A stretch of 61,198 nt of DNA, the filler included, from Squatina squatina (lineage: Eukaryota): NCBI GenBank assembly GCA_031763465.1. It is 3 parts of 3 records of this genome, joined end to end, with 100 filler letters (N's around TTAATTAATTAA, not from the genome) between each part and the next. Parts side by side here need not be neighbours in the genome. Positions count along the whole stretch, not along the records: positions 45,689 to 61,198 come from JARFOE010000046.1; 2 more parts are not named here. The stretch is one strand, 5' to 3'. Each line of letters opens with the position of its first letter. The stretch's first letter is position 1. A program made the position numbers and the translations under genes. Below are positions 50,201 through 61,198 of the stretch, piece after piece. The notes below the pieces were generated by a model. That model was not told the origin of the DNA. It ran no database searches and saw only the letters and a list, made by a program, of their open reading frames with translations.

Positions 50201-53200
50201 TTTCTTTCATTTGCAGCACCTAACTATTGATATATTAAAAATGTTGGGACTGTTTTTAACTTGTGACTGTGGCAATAAACGGGTGGTAGTGGGCGGTCGA
50301 ACTATTGCTGCCCATTTACCGTCGAAAGTTAAAATATGCCTTTTTATGTCGATGGTCACCACTTGCTAATTTTTTTCCATTATAAATCCCTCTGTCCACA
50401 TTCACAGTGGAAGCTGCCTATGTAAACCTGTCACGCTTGTAATCACACTCTCCTGCCCCATGCCCAGGCTCCACTCCTTCAGTTGTACTGGCTGTTTCAA
50501 TTATTTTTACTGCCATCTTGGGCCCTACTTTGCCCAACATCAGTACAACATCAGGNNNNNNNNNNNNNNNNNNNNNNNNNNNNNNNNNNNNNNNNNNNNN
50601 NNNNNNNNNNNNNNNNNNNNNNNNNNNNNNNNNNNNNNNNNNNNNNNNNNNNNNNCTTGAGTTAAAGAAATAAAGGCGCTTACAGTCCTTCTATATAAAG
50701 GTCCTTCATTGTGCGTATGTGTCTATAGTTCCTGAAGTCATGAACCTTGTAACGTAGAGTAAAGGCCCGCACCTATTTACCTACAAAATGCGTGTTGGTT
50801 TTTAAATCTGTAGCTAAAACTAATGTCAGTCAATATAAAACCAACAGACTAATGTTCAATTAAAAATTCTTCTCGCACACTGTGAAATTTGAATTAGCTT
50901 CTAATGTAAAAGTAATGCTGTGTGAAACTAACTTCTTTGGAAACTGACGAGTATTTTTTAAATGTATTGATTAAACAGCTAATGAAAGGCAACTTGTGAA
51001 GGACACTATGATAGAAATTGATGTTTACTTGGTTTCGAGAGTGGATGACTCATGGAAATAAACACAGATTCTTCAAGAGCTAACATAAAGTCATTTTGAA
51101 AGTGCTGTACCAAACGCAAACTATTAAATGCAGCACAGACATTTCAATCAAGCACCATTCCAATTTATTGACTTGACGTTTTTCTGATCCAACAAGACGA
51201 GACATTAACTAACAAGGTAAGATGTTGCCTCCTCGCATTGCCTTACTGTTGTACTCATCTTCTGATATATTCACTCAATGGGTTTGTAGCACCTGCACCA
51301 AACTGGAGCCCAGTAGTCCAGTTGAAGAGNNNNNNNNNNNNNNNNNNNNNNNNNNNNNNNNNNNNNNNNNNNNNNNNNNNNNNNNNNNNNNNNNNNNNNN
51401 NNNNNNNNNNNNNNNNNNNNNNNNNNNNNGTGCACGTCTGAACTAAGAGACCTGAGGATTGGCAGCAATTGATTCTTGGCTCTCATCTACATATTCAGGA
51501 CGAGCTGCCAAGACCAGTCGAGCCTCCACAGTCAGCCCCACCAAGCAGAAAAATCAATTGTGAGCCACCTGTATCACTGGCAACAAGGAGGCGAGCAGGT
51601 TTGGAACAGTGCATGGGGAGGGGAACCATCATGACTACTGTGGAGTCAGGGGGAAGAAACTTTAAAGAAATATTATATATATATATATATAATAACAAGC
51701 TTGCCTTTATTTGCTGGTCACAGGGGGCACTGAAGAATCCCAACAACTGCCCTGCCCTGCCCATCGGGAACAGATATTGTGGAGGGGTCCTTCAACACAG
51801 TCAAGGGGGCCTAACACCTGTTTTAAGCGGCACCTGATGAATTTAGCAGTGGGCTCGACGTCTAGGCAGATTGGGCGCAGGCCGTCCCACTGTTTAATTG
51901 GAATATTTGTGCTTGTTTTACACCCGAACAAACGGGCACGACGCATATTAATTTCTACCCCGATGCCTTAGAAGAACTTACGATAAAAACACGGAGAATA
52001 AGAAGGAATAATCGTTTCACCACTTTCGTTTTTATCTCAGTGAGCCTTGACAATTCTTGCAATTTTTGCTACTCAAATTGTTAGTGACTGAGGCAATCAC
52101 TGTGTAGCGGTTTTTATGTGCAGTGATACAAACGAACATGTATCTTGCAAACCTGCTGTAACCGAGAGCAGCTTGATTCTTCTAATAACTGGAACGAGCA
52201 GATCATGTCTTAACTTTGTCCTTTTGAAACTACTTTGAATCCTCGATGCACGGTAGTGTGATGACAACCACTGTAAACACAATTATGCATGCTGTCAAAG
52301 GCAATTGCTATAGTAATAACTAAATGCCTTGGTAAACGTCCTGCATCTGAAGGGCTTCAAAAACAGGCCTATAATTAAAATCCTTTCGTTCTATAGAACC
52401 TATTTAATCAACTATACCTGAGCTAGTCTTTTGATTTCCCTGGACTTCAAAGTATATTAAATGTTGATATTTGCATNNNNNNNNNNNNNNNNNNNNNNNN
52501 NNNNNNNNNNNNNNNNNNNNNNNNNNNNNNNNNNNNNNNNNNNNNNNNNNNNNNNNNNNNNNNNNNNNNNNNNNNNCCTGTCTTCCATTTTGTGTCACTG
52601 GCCTGCCCAACATTCTCCATTTTGTACTGAATTCTACAATACCCTTCCCAACTGGGGCCTTGAAATGTTGATCTGACACCTGCATCTCAGGCCTCCCTCA
52701 CGGCAATAATAATGCATACCCTATAATGAGAGCTGATTGTGTGCCTCAAGTTAAGATCAGCCCCATTGAGCTTGCGATATTCTAAATTGGGCAACCCAGA
52801 ATGCCTGCCCCTTGAAGCTGACTTTAAATCCCGTATCCGATCCACCAACATGCAAGCTCCTAATTACAGCTGATTTGCACAGCTGGAACTTGACTTTTAG
52901 TCAAATGATGATGACCCTGGAAATATGCACAGGGTCAGTTCACTGCAAACCAGGCAGATGCTGTTCTTGTATCGCAGCACTTTTAACTGGGCTTACACTC
53001 AATTGGAGAATCTAGGCCAGTTTCTCTAACAAATGTTGGCTTTTGTTGGTTTAAAGTCAGATGTGACCTTCAAGCAGTAATATAAATGGTTCTTTAGAAA
53101 CTGATTTTGTTGTGTTTGTAACTTTACAATCTGACAATACAGCAGTGCTGCTTCAAACGCAAGGTCACACACAAAGGATTTAAAATGTTCACATTTATGA

Positions 53201-55303
53201 ACACGAAATTGCAGTTGATGCATTCTAGGTCTATGAGCCCATGAATGTCTGTCACGCTGATGATCTAAGGTTATGCTCACAAAGTTGAAGCATCTTGCGT
53301 GCCTAAATTCATTCTGTAATGGGCAGTATTGTGGGGCTTTTTTGGTCAGCTACAAGCGTGACATTACTCCAAATTCAAAATTGCTCTGAGCCAGAGATAA
53401 AATATGGATTTAATTAAACTGAATGAAAAACACACTCTTCTAGTTTGCAGTTAGCTGTATAAAATGCCGACGGATTAACTGTAAAAATCTTATTTCCCAA
53501 TGCGGGTATAGCAATAACGTTTTGCCACGAAGGACTACTTTGGCCAGCAAGATGGCATCTCCGTTCAGATTATAATAGGCCATGAAGTGAACGGGAGTAC
53601 ATTTACGCCGAGAGGAAAGTTTAATGCTTGCTATCACATGCAGCCTAATGTTCTCATGTTCCCACCTGTACTATCTTTACTCCGTTACATTAGAAAAGAC
53701 TTCACAGTAAACCGCATTTACTACAGTAGAAAATTTGTGAACTACATTTGAAGGCTAACTGAAATCTGCCTTTTGAGTGGTGGGTCTAATGGTCAGCAGA
53801 ACTTTACATCTTCAGTGTTGGACTGTACTGAAAAGGAAAGAATGACCATTCCTTTCCTGCAGGCACAGTTTGAAGCCAGATATACCATATACATCCAAGT
53901 CTGAGCTTTTAGATCCAGTATTGTTCCTCACACACCTCTTCGAACTATGGGAACCTATTCAGACACAAGGTTATCCAGAGTATGACAACTGACAGAATTC
54001 CATTTATGCTCCAAATACATTCACTTGAAGGATGAATAATGTAGATATCTTTAGGATCTGACCCAAAGCATTGAATATTCAGCTTTACANNNNNNNNNNN
54101 NNNNNNNNNNNNNNNNNNNNNNNNNNNNNNNNNNNNNNNNNNNNNNNNNNNNNNNNNNNNNNNNNNNNNNNNNNNNNNNNNNNNNNNNNTGGTATGAGGT
54201 GTAATGTGCAGGAGTAGGCTTGGGAAGGCAGAGTGGTTGGCTTGATGTGACAGGCACATCAGGATGTAGATGAGTGCGGCATTGCACTCACCTTTCCTGA
54301 CCCCGTGAGATCATTGAATCTCTCGTGGCACAAGATCCATGTCCTCCTCACCACATCCCTGCTACAGACCTCCTCTGCGATCTCTAACCTGCAGTCTTAG
54401 TGTCTCTGGCTGGTCTTTTTTGGCCATCTGCATGGAAATGACCTGCAAACTCCTGACAGCTAAATCTCTGCACAAAATGGAGTCAGCAAGAGTGTTCCCA
54501 GTGGACAAGGAAGCAGGTGTAATGTGGAAGTTTTTATGTTTTTTCCAGCTGTCACTTAATGGTCTCGCACAATGGCCATTGAGCTTCCGCCTCCCTTTCA
54601 CAGGCAACATTCCTGAGGTGTGTGAATCCCATGCTCAAAAAATTAGAACCAAAACCTAGTCTTAAAAAGCCTCTTAACTGTCTCTCAACAAGCATTTGAG
54701 TACTTCAATGAGGTTGCACGCCTCTCCCGAACAGGTCCATGGTGTGCTGGGAAACATGCCCGAGTTAAATGCCTAAGTTGGTGGGATGACGGCGAGTTCC
54801 TGATGTGCTGGCAATTTCCGTTTTTTTTCTGCTGACCCGACCCCAAACCCATACGCTCAGCATTGGGAAAATTCCTGCCATAGCGTCAGAGATTGGATCT
54901 TATCCACTGACAAGGAAAGGGAACGGTTCGCCTAAGTTACTGAAGTGTTCTCAGAAAACAAGAAACAAACACTGAGAAGCAACGGCCATGTGAGCTGAGC
55001 CTGGAACATTGTTTGGATGTTCCAAAGTGTGACTTACGTGTCAACTTGCATGTCAGCTAAATATCACAGATATTATAGAAGCTCATCCAGCAGAATTTAA
55101 TGCTTCCATTCCTAGGGAATGGCTGAGCTGGTAAAAGCTTTGGGAATGATTTGGCATTGCATCACGTCTAGCAGCTAGAGTGGAAATTAGACAAGTAAAT
55201 ACACAGATTTATTGCATAGTTGATAAAGAAGAGGGTGTTCTTGGCTGGATGAAAGTTCAATGGGACATTTCGCTATCAAGAAAAATGTGATTCNNNNNNN
55301 NNN

Positions 55304-56250
55304 GCAGGGATATTCAAAACTGAGCATCAAAGATCAGTAACATTTGTAAGGACAAGGAAGGAATGATCAGGGACAAACTAATGGTGGGAATACAAAATAA
55401 GGTTGTGGGTGGATGACTTTGATTAGATGTGTGTCCAATGTTCGAGATGACGGTGATGAAGAAACACCAGAAAGAAGCATTAAAGCAGCAAATGTCATTG
55501 CTCAAAGCAGGTGATCCACCATGCGTACCACAAGCCACAACAGCTATAGATGCATTCGTGCAAACTGACAACGAGGTACACGATGGCAAACACAAAAAAG
55601 AATTGTAATAGCTCAGGCAGATAAAATTGATGCGGATGACTGCTACACAGCAGGCAAGAACTGACCAGTCAGAAATGCCAAATACCAGAAGGAGGGAAAA
55701 TGGGCATTTTGTAGTTGTATTCAAGCAAAGAATATATACACCGAGAGAGAATGATGCATGATCTAGAAAACGATTAAGTTCAAGAGGTGATATCACTCAA
55801 TATCCTGTATATTAGCTCCCTGTTGGAAATAGGAGCAGGGGCAGATAATAGATTGAAGACATTACAATCAAATCTAAGCTTGACTCCAGGGCATAAGCAG
55901 ACGTCATAACACGGGCTGTACAACAAAACCGGCTCAAGAATAAGTTGCTAGATATCATCAATTAAGTATTTATCATTTTCCGAAGTAAGGCCGGACAGAC
56001 AACAAACACTGGCTGTCGCTCATCCTGTAAAAGCATGTTTGGAAATTCCAAATGGCAAATCTTAACAGTAAAGGGATTTATGGTTTAAAAAAAAGCTTGT
56101 GTGAATTTAGGCATGGTAACAATAATGTATAGTTTGACAAATTACTAATACTTTACTTAAAAACATATTAAAAAAGTACAGTGACATCACTAATGGTTTT
56201 GGCGAAAGGCCTTGAGGCTATAAAATATAGCTAAGTTCAGAATATCACCA
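55304..56250 (+). mobile_element. Ty3/Gypsy LTR retrotransposon gag-protease relic
   Basis: MIRDKLMVGIQ...EALKQQMSLLK at 55363, a decayed zinc knuckle *PVRNAKYQK..GKMGHFVVV (~55660-55725) and a protease-like KLDSRA*ADVI (~55875-55907), in gag-pro order. Right boundary uncertain. Confidence 0.7.
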
Positions 56251-57854
56251 ATAGTCTAAGGGTGGCCAATTCTTTTATTTTGGCGTTAAAGTAGCGTCAA
56301 ATCGGCGTTAACGACCTAATGCCGATTTTGGGCGCTAAATTTACCAATGGGAAATTTGTCTCCTGTTAACACTGGTGCTAAATGGGTGTTGCACCTCTAG
56401 TCAGCGTCCAGTGCTAGATGCCGTCAATGACATTAGAAGTAGGTGCAACATCCAAAATGGCCACCCGCTGACATATTCGATGAGGCTATTGAAGCGTAAA
56501 AGTAGCAGAGTCAACGCCCATTTTTTGGGGGCATTGACACCCTCAATCTTATGCTTTGTAGCGCTAGTTAAAGGCCTGGGAGTGGGCTCCATTTTGAGNN
56601 NNNNNNNNNNNNNNNNNNNNNNNNNNNNNNNNNNNNNNNNNNNNNNNNNNNNNNNNNNNNNNNNNNNNNNNNNNNNNNNNNNNNNNNNNNNNNNNNNNGG
56701 GAACCCCGGGTTGTATTGCCCCTGTAAGGTCCTGCTGCTATTCCCTATTACATCTTTCTATTTTACCTGGTCATAAATTCTTTTGTAAGGTTTGGTTAGT
56801 TTTTATTCCCCCTTTGCTCTCACCTTTCAGGAAGAAACAGTTTCATTACAATCAAGCAGTGACCTCGCTAAAAGTGAGCAAAATCAGCCTAATTATAAGA
56901 ATGCTCAGATGTTACTAACAGTCCTGTCTGCAATTCGAACTTATTTCAAACTCTTCATCAGTCGCCTGGTCCTTGATGACTAATATAGCTGCCAGGCTCC
57001 CCTAATAGAGTTCCTATTTTGGAAGACAAGATGAGAATTTGTTTTGGCACTTCAGTGGTGTGGTAGTATAGTATCCCTGTGGTCATGACTAAAATTCACA
57101 GAAGTGTCTGACACTCAGATTCAGCAGCTACACATGAAGTCACTCTTATAAATCAGAGTAATCTTTATCCCTTTTTAAGTTGTGATGTGAATATTGCAAC
57201 TCAATACCTAAAGCTATAGTGAGGTTTCATTATGAACACAAATGTTTAATTTACTTCTATAAATGGAAGCCTTAATATTCCTATGACAATTGAACCTTCA
57301 GCTCAATTTCAAACCACATGACTTGGATATTATTTTTGAGAACCAACTATATATGAGTATGACATTTTAGTACTGGATACATATATTTCCATATACAAGA
57401 TGTAATTGTGGTAGAAAATAAATGGCTATTTCTGCTTTTTAATTTGTCAGATCCAGGGTACTGGCAGATAAAAGGGTTTGGAACTAATTAGGCAAGATAC
57501 GCCATTAACTTGAATAGCTCAATGTCAGGTTGAGGAGATTCCTGCTGATTTAGAGAAAGTTTGTGGATGCTGGAGATCGATCACTGTTGATTCTGCTCCA
57601 GAGTGCTTGTAAATAAAGAGCATGGGGAATGAAAGTGTCACTNNNNNNNNNNNNNNNNNNNNNNNNNNNNNNNNNNNNNNNNNNNNNNNNNNNNNNNNNN
57701 NNNNNNNNNNNNNNNNNNNNNNNNNNNNNNNNNNNNNNNNNNATTTTGGATTTTCAGATTAGGAAGGGGATATGAGAGGTAATCTTATAGAGGTACATAA
57801 ATTGTTAAGGGAATGCAAAAGGTTATCAGGAATATTACTTTAAATTACGTGTAA

Positions 57855-58202
57855 ACCATGGTTCAGAAGTAGCACTCTCACCTTTGATTCAGAAGGTCAT
57901 GGGTTCAAACTCCACTCCAGACACGTAAGCACATAATCCAAGCTAACACTTCAGTGCAGGACTGAGGAGTGCTATACTGTTGGAGGTACTGTCTTGCAAA
58001 TGAGACATCAAACCATGGTACGATTTGGAAGAAGAGCAAGGGAGATCTCCCTGGTGTCCCGGCCAATATTCATTCCTCAACCAACATCACTAAAACAGAT
58101 TATCTGGTCATCATCAAATCGCTGTTTGTGGGGCCTTACTGCATGCAAATCGGCTGCTGCATTTCCTACATTACAACAGTGACTACACTTCAAAAAGTAC
58201 TT
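57855..58202 (+). mobile_element. tRNA-headed Deu-domain SINE (SacSINE1-like)
   Basis: A-box-like TGGTTCAGAAGT and B-box GGTTCAAACTCC, then Deu-like core GGTGTCCCGGCCAATATTCATTCCTCAACCAACATCACTAAAACAGATTATCTGGTCAT. Confidence 0.75.
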
Positions 58203-58339
58203 TCAGTCTTCAGTTCTGATTACAGGTACAAACCCGACTCGTGATCACCTATTATTTTCTTTTTACAGATGGTGACTAGCCTCTTGTGCATTAGCAGCAT
58301 TTTCTCTCTTTCATTTTTGCCAGGATTGTTGTAGTATTT

Positions 58340-58900
58340 CTGGAGAANNNNNNNNNNTAAATTTGACTCTTGCCTTGCAAAATACACCTTTCATTTATCT
58401 AATTGGCTCTTCTTTGTAAACAGGTCATCTTGCTCATTTCCTTTCAGTCCAGCACCTTCAAAGTTTGCCCTGTATCCTCCATCTGTATCTTCATTAGTCC
58501 CTATAATGATCAAGTAGGCAGCAACTTAATAAAGATGTTGAACAACACCAGTGGAGTTGACACAGAGTTTCTGCACCAGTTCTTGGGGTTAATTTACTTC
58601 TACATTGACCAGCAATCAGTGTTCATTAATTCTGATTGTAAATGTTTCTTCAATATTCTTGAAACGAGTACAAAATTAGGAAAGCGTTCTCTTTTCCAGA
58701 TCTCCCACCAAATCGCATATATTGAACAGGTTATTTCAGTAATTATTTCAACAGCACTGCATTCCACAAATTAACATGGGTATCCATAGTATTTCCTCTT
58801 GAAATCTTTAAAAGCATTCTTTCCAAACCAATTCACTTTAAACCTGATTGACATGTCAATGAAGGATTTTTCAGTTTCAATTTCCAGTCATTCCCTCAGA
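58340..58900 (-). mobile_element. Ancient LINE RT relic
   Basis: Minus strand keeps FIDM...AF...YGYP and TG...CV...LFNIFI motifs in RT order, with many stops and frameshifts. Confidence 0.4.
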
Positions 58901-59019
58901 CAAAAGCAACTAATTTCAGACAAATATAGAGTCTCACCATATTAACTAAACATTCCTATAGAATTCTACAAGCGTACTAAATGTACCTGATACGGATGAC
59001 TTTCAACAATTGAGTACAA

Positions 59020-59857
59020 GGCCCCAATTTGGCTGCGCCAAAACTGGCTGCAGCATTTGGGGCCTCACAGCTCAAACTGTGCCGCATCACTAGCGATGCA
59101 CAGTGATGTGGCCTTGGTGACTTAGTCAACGTTCCGGGTCAGCGTAACGTGGCAACGCTAAATCAGCGTTGCCATGGCGCTGACCCAGTGGTGACCCGAC
59201 CAATGCCGCGTCACTGCCAGGTTGTGCCAGCAGCGTGGCATGTACCACACTGCCGGCGCAACCACGCATGCGTGAGCTGCGGCCCCGCCCCCTGCATTAA
59301 AGGCAAGGGCCACCGGTTTTCGCTGAGCTGAATAGGAGGATCGATGGTCCACTGGGCCATCAGGTTAATTTTAAGTTTTTTTTTGAGGGTTCCAGCATGC
59401 CAGAGAGCACGCTGGCAAGGTTGGGGTGGGGAGGGGGGAAAGGGGGAAAAGGGAGAGAAGAGGTTCCTCGGGGGAGATTAGGATGCCAAACATGATTAGA
59501 GATGATGTCCGACGGCACAGGCCACATGTCCTTAAGTGCCTCTGGCAACAATAGGGGAAACCTGTTGTTGCCACTGCCAGTAGCATCAGGGTGGGGGAAA
59601 ACGGGACCGGGGGGGGGAAAAAACGTCTCCAATTCCACACACCGGTGGAGGGGGGTGGGTCCGGGAGCGGGCGCTGAGGGGTTGTCGCGCGGCATGACGT
59701 CGCACGTCTGACACCAACTGTGTTCCCGGCAGCGGGGCATTTAGCTCGCCAGGGCGGCAGGCCCAAAACCTAATTTTTCATCCTCTACTCTGATTTCACG
59801 CCCAGATTGCGCCACTAATCGGCACAATTCAGACAGGTCAGACGAATTAGGAGTCCC
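59020..59857. mobile_element. Probable GC-rich MITE
   Basis: Sharply bounded CpG-rich block in AT-rich context with weak inverted ends (GGCCCCAATTTGGCTG and CAGACGAATTAGGAGTCC). Confidence 0.45.
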
Positions 59858-61198
59858 AATATCCTTTGAACTCAAGCTATTCAATTTAGTGGTACACAAT
59901 GGCAATGAATGTGTTATTTGTAGATGTGAATCAGGTATTAAAAATATTTGATGTTGAGGTCAGATGTCAAAAGCAAATGAACCAACAGGAGATCAGTTCA
60001 CAAGAGAACACTTGCACAAGGAGAAAATTAATCTAAATACAACTTTCTTCAATACATTATAGATTGACATACTTGCACCCAGCCAAGAGGAAATATATCA
60101 AAAGTTCTCTCTTCTAGAAGGCTTTAGCTACGTTTATTTACTTCGAAAAGAAAATGACAATAGAAAGTTGCCAAGGGATAAGAGGACTCTAGTCCATGAT
60201 GACCATTCTCAATCCACACTTCGCATTTTCAATCCCATTATTAATATCAATGTCCTACTTTTAAAGACATACATACAAGCTATTTAAGTAACAGGATGAA
60301 AGTTCTATTCATCACAAAACTATAAATCCATTTGGCCTGCAAATCTCCCAGCGACACATGAAATGAGAGAACAGAAACTAGAAGAGCTTTGCTGGAATTA
60401 TTGGCTCTGNNNNNNNNNNNNNNNNNNNNNNNNNNNNNNNNNNNNNNNNNNNNNNNNNNNNNNNNNNNNNNNNNNNNNNNNNNNNNNNNNNNNNNNNNNN
60501 NNNNNNNNNTATTCGATAGTTAAAAAGCACTGGGAAAAAAATGTCTTAAATGATGGACAACTAAAGATCATATCCAAAGATATTACAGTACAAAAGAAAA
60601 CATAAGAGTTCTGCTTTGCCACAAAGTTGTTCCATGTAGAAAGGGCTTTCTGAAGCAATCTTCAATTGAGGTTTTCAGATGTTGTATTCTACTGTGTCTA
60701 AATAATTCCATTTTAAAAATGAGCAGAGAAACAGCCCCAGGTGCTAAATGTAATTCTGCTGAACATAACAAAAATAATTCATTAAAACTGCTGGTGTTGT
60801 TGAAACCTGTGGAGTTTATATTTTAAATTAAATACAAGTGCAAGGTTTTTAATTAATCAATAAAACATGAAACCTTGTCATCCTCCAATGATTTGAAATA
60901 AGATGAGGAAATTACTTCAGAAATCTTAGTTACACAGTCCAGTGTTGCAGAAAAATAGAAGGAATATTTCAGTGAGTGCTTTTTTACCCCCCTTGTTTCA
61001 TTAAAGTGTTTAAAAGAGGGTATGTACATTGCAGTATCACAGCAGCTTTCACATTCGTGTTAGTCAGCTACACTCACTTGATATAAATTATTTACTTTGA
61101 CAATGCAACAAATAATGCCAAAGGTTTATAATAAAAATTCAAATTGCATTAGATTAGATTATCTAACATGATGGGATCTTCTTCATTCTATGAATTAT

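Noticed and set aside
57855-57925. tRNA gene
   Set aside because: The A/B-box region continues into a SINE body and has no complete cloverleaf.

Overview
Eukaryotic vertebrate genomic DNA, very likely a cartilaginous fish (shark-type CR1, RTE, Tx1, Deu-domain SINE and Penelope-derived repeats); the taxon is inferred from repeat types only. The scaffold is highly fragmented: many short contigs joined by fixed 100-N placeholder gaps. Two genes are recognisable in head-to-head orientation, as in the vertebrate CWC22-UBE2E3 synteny block. CWC22 (minus strand) shows two MIF4G-region exons, next to an unexplained 708-codon Arg/Ser/Pro-rich open frame bounded by gaps. UBE2E3 (plus strand) shows three coding exons and a 3' UTR with a polyA signal. 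Most other sequence is intronic/intergenic, with decayed LINEs (CR1, L2, RTE, Tx1), a Gypsy relic, SINEs, MITEs and a 67-bp tandem array. The most interesting signals are minimal hammerhead-ribozyme-like motifs in Penelope-type repeats, the large RS-rich ORF, a UBE2E3 exon that runs into a minisatellite before its splice donor, and a hAT-type MITE carrying a cluster of NRF1 motifs. There are no prokaryotic features and no CRISPR array. I found no clearly novel multi-gene system. Family assignments rest on motif recognition from memory, not on database searches.
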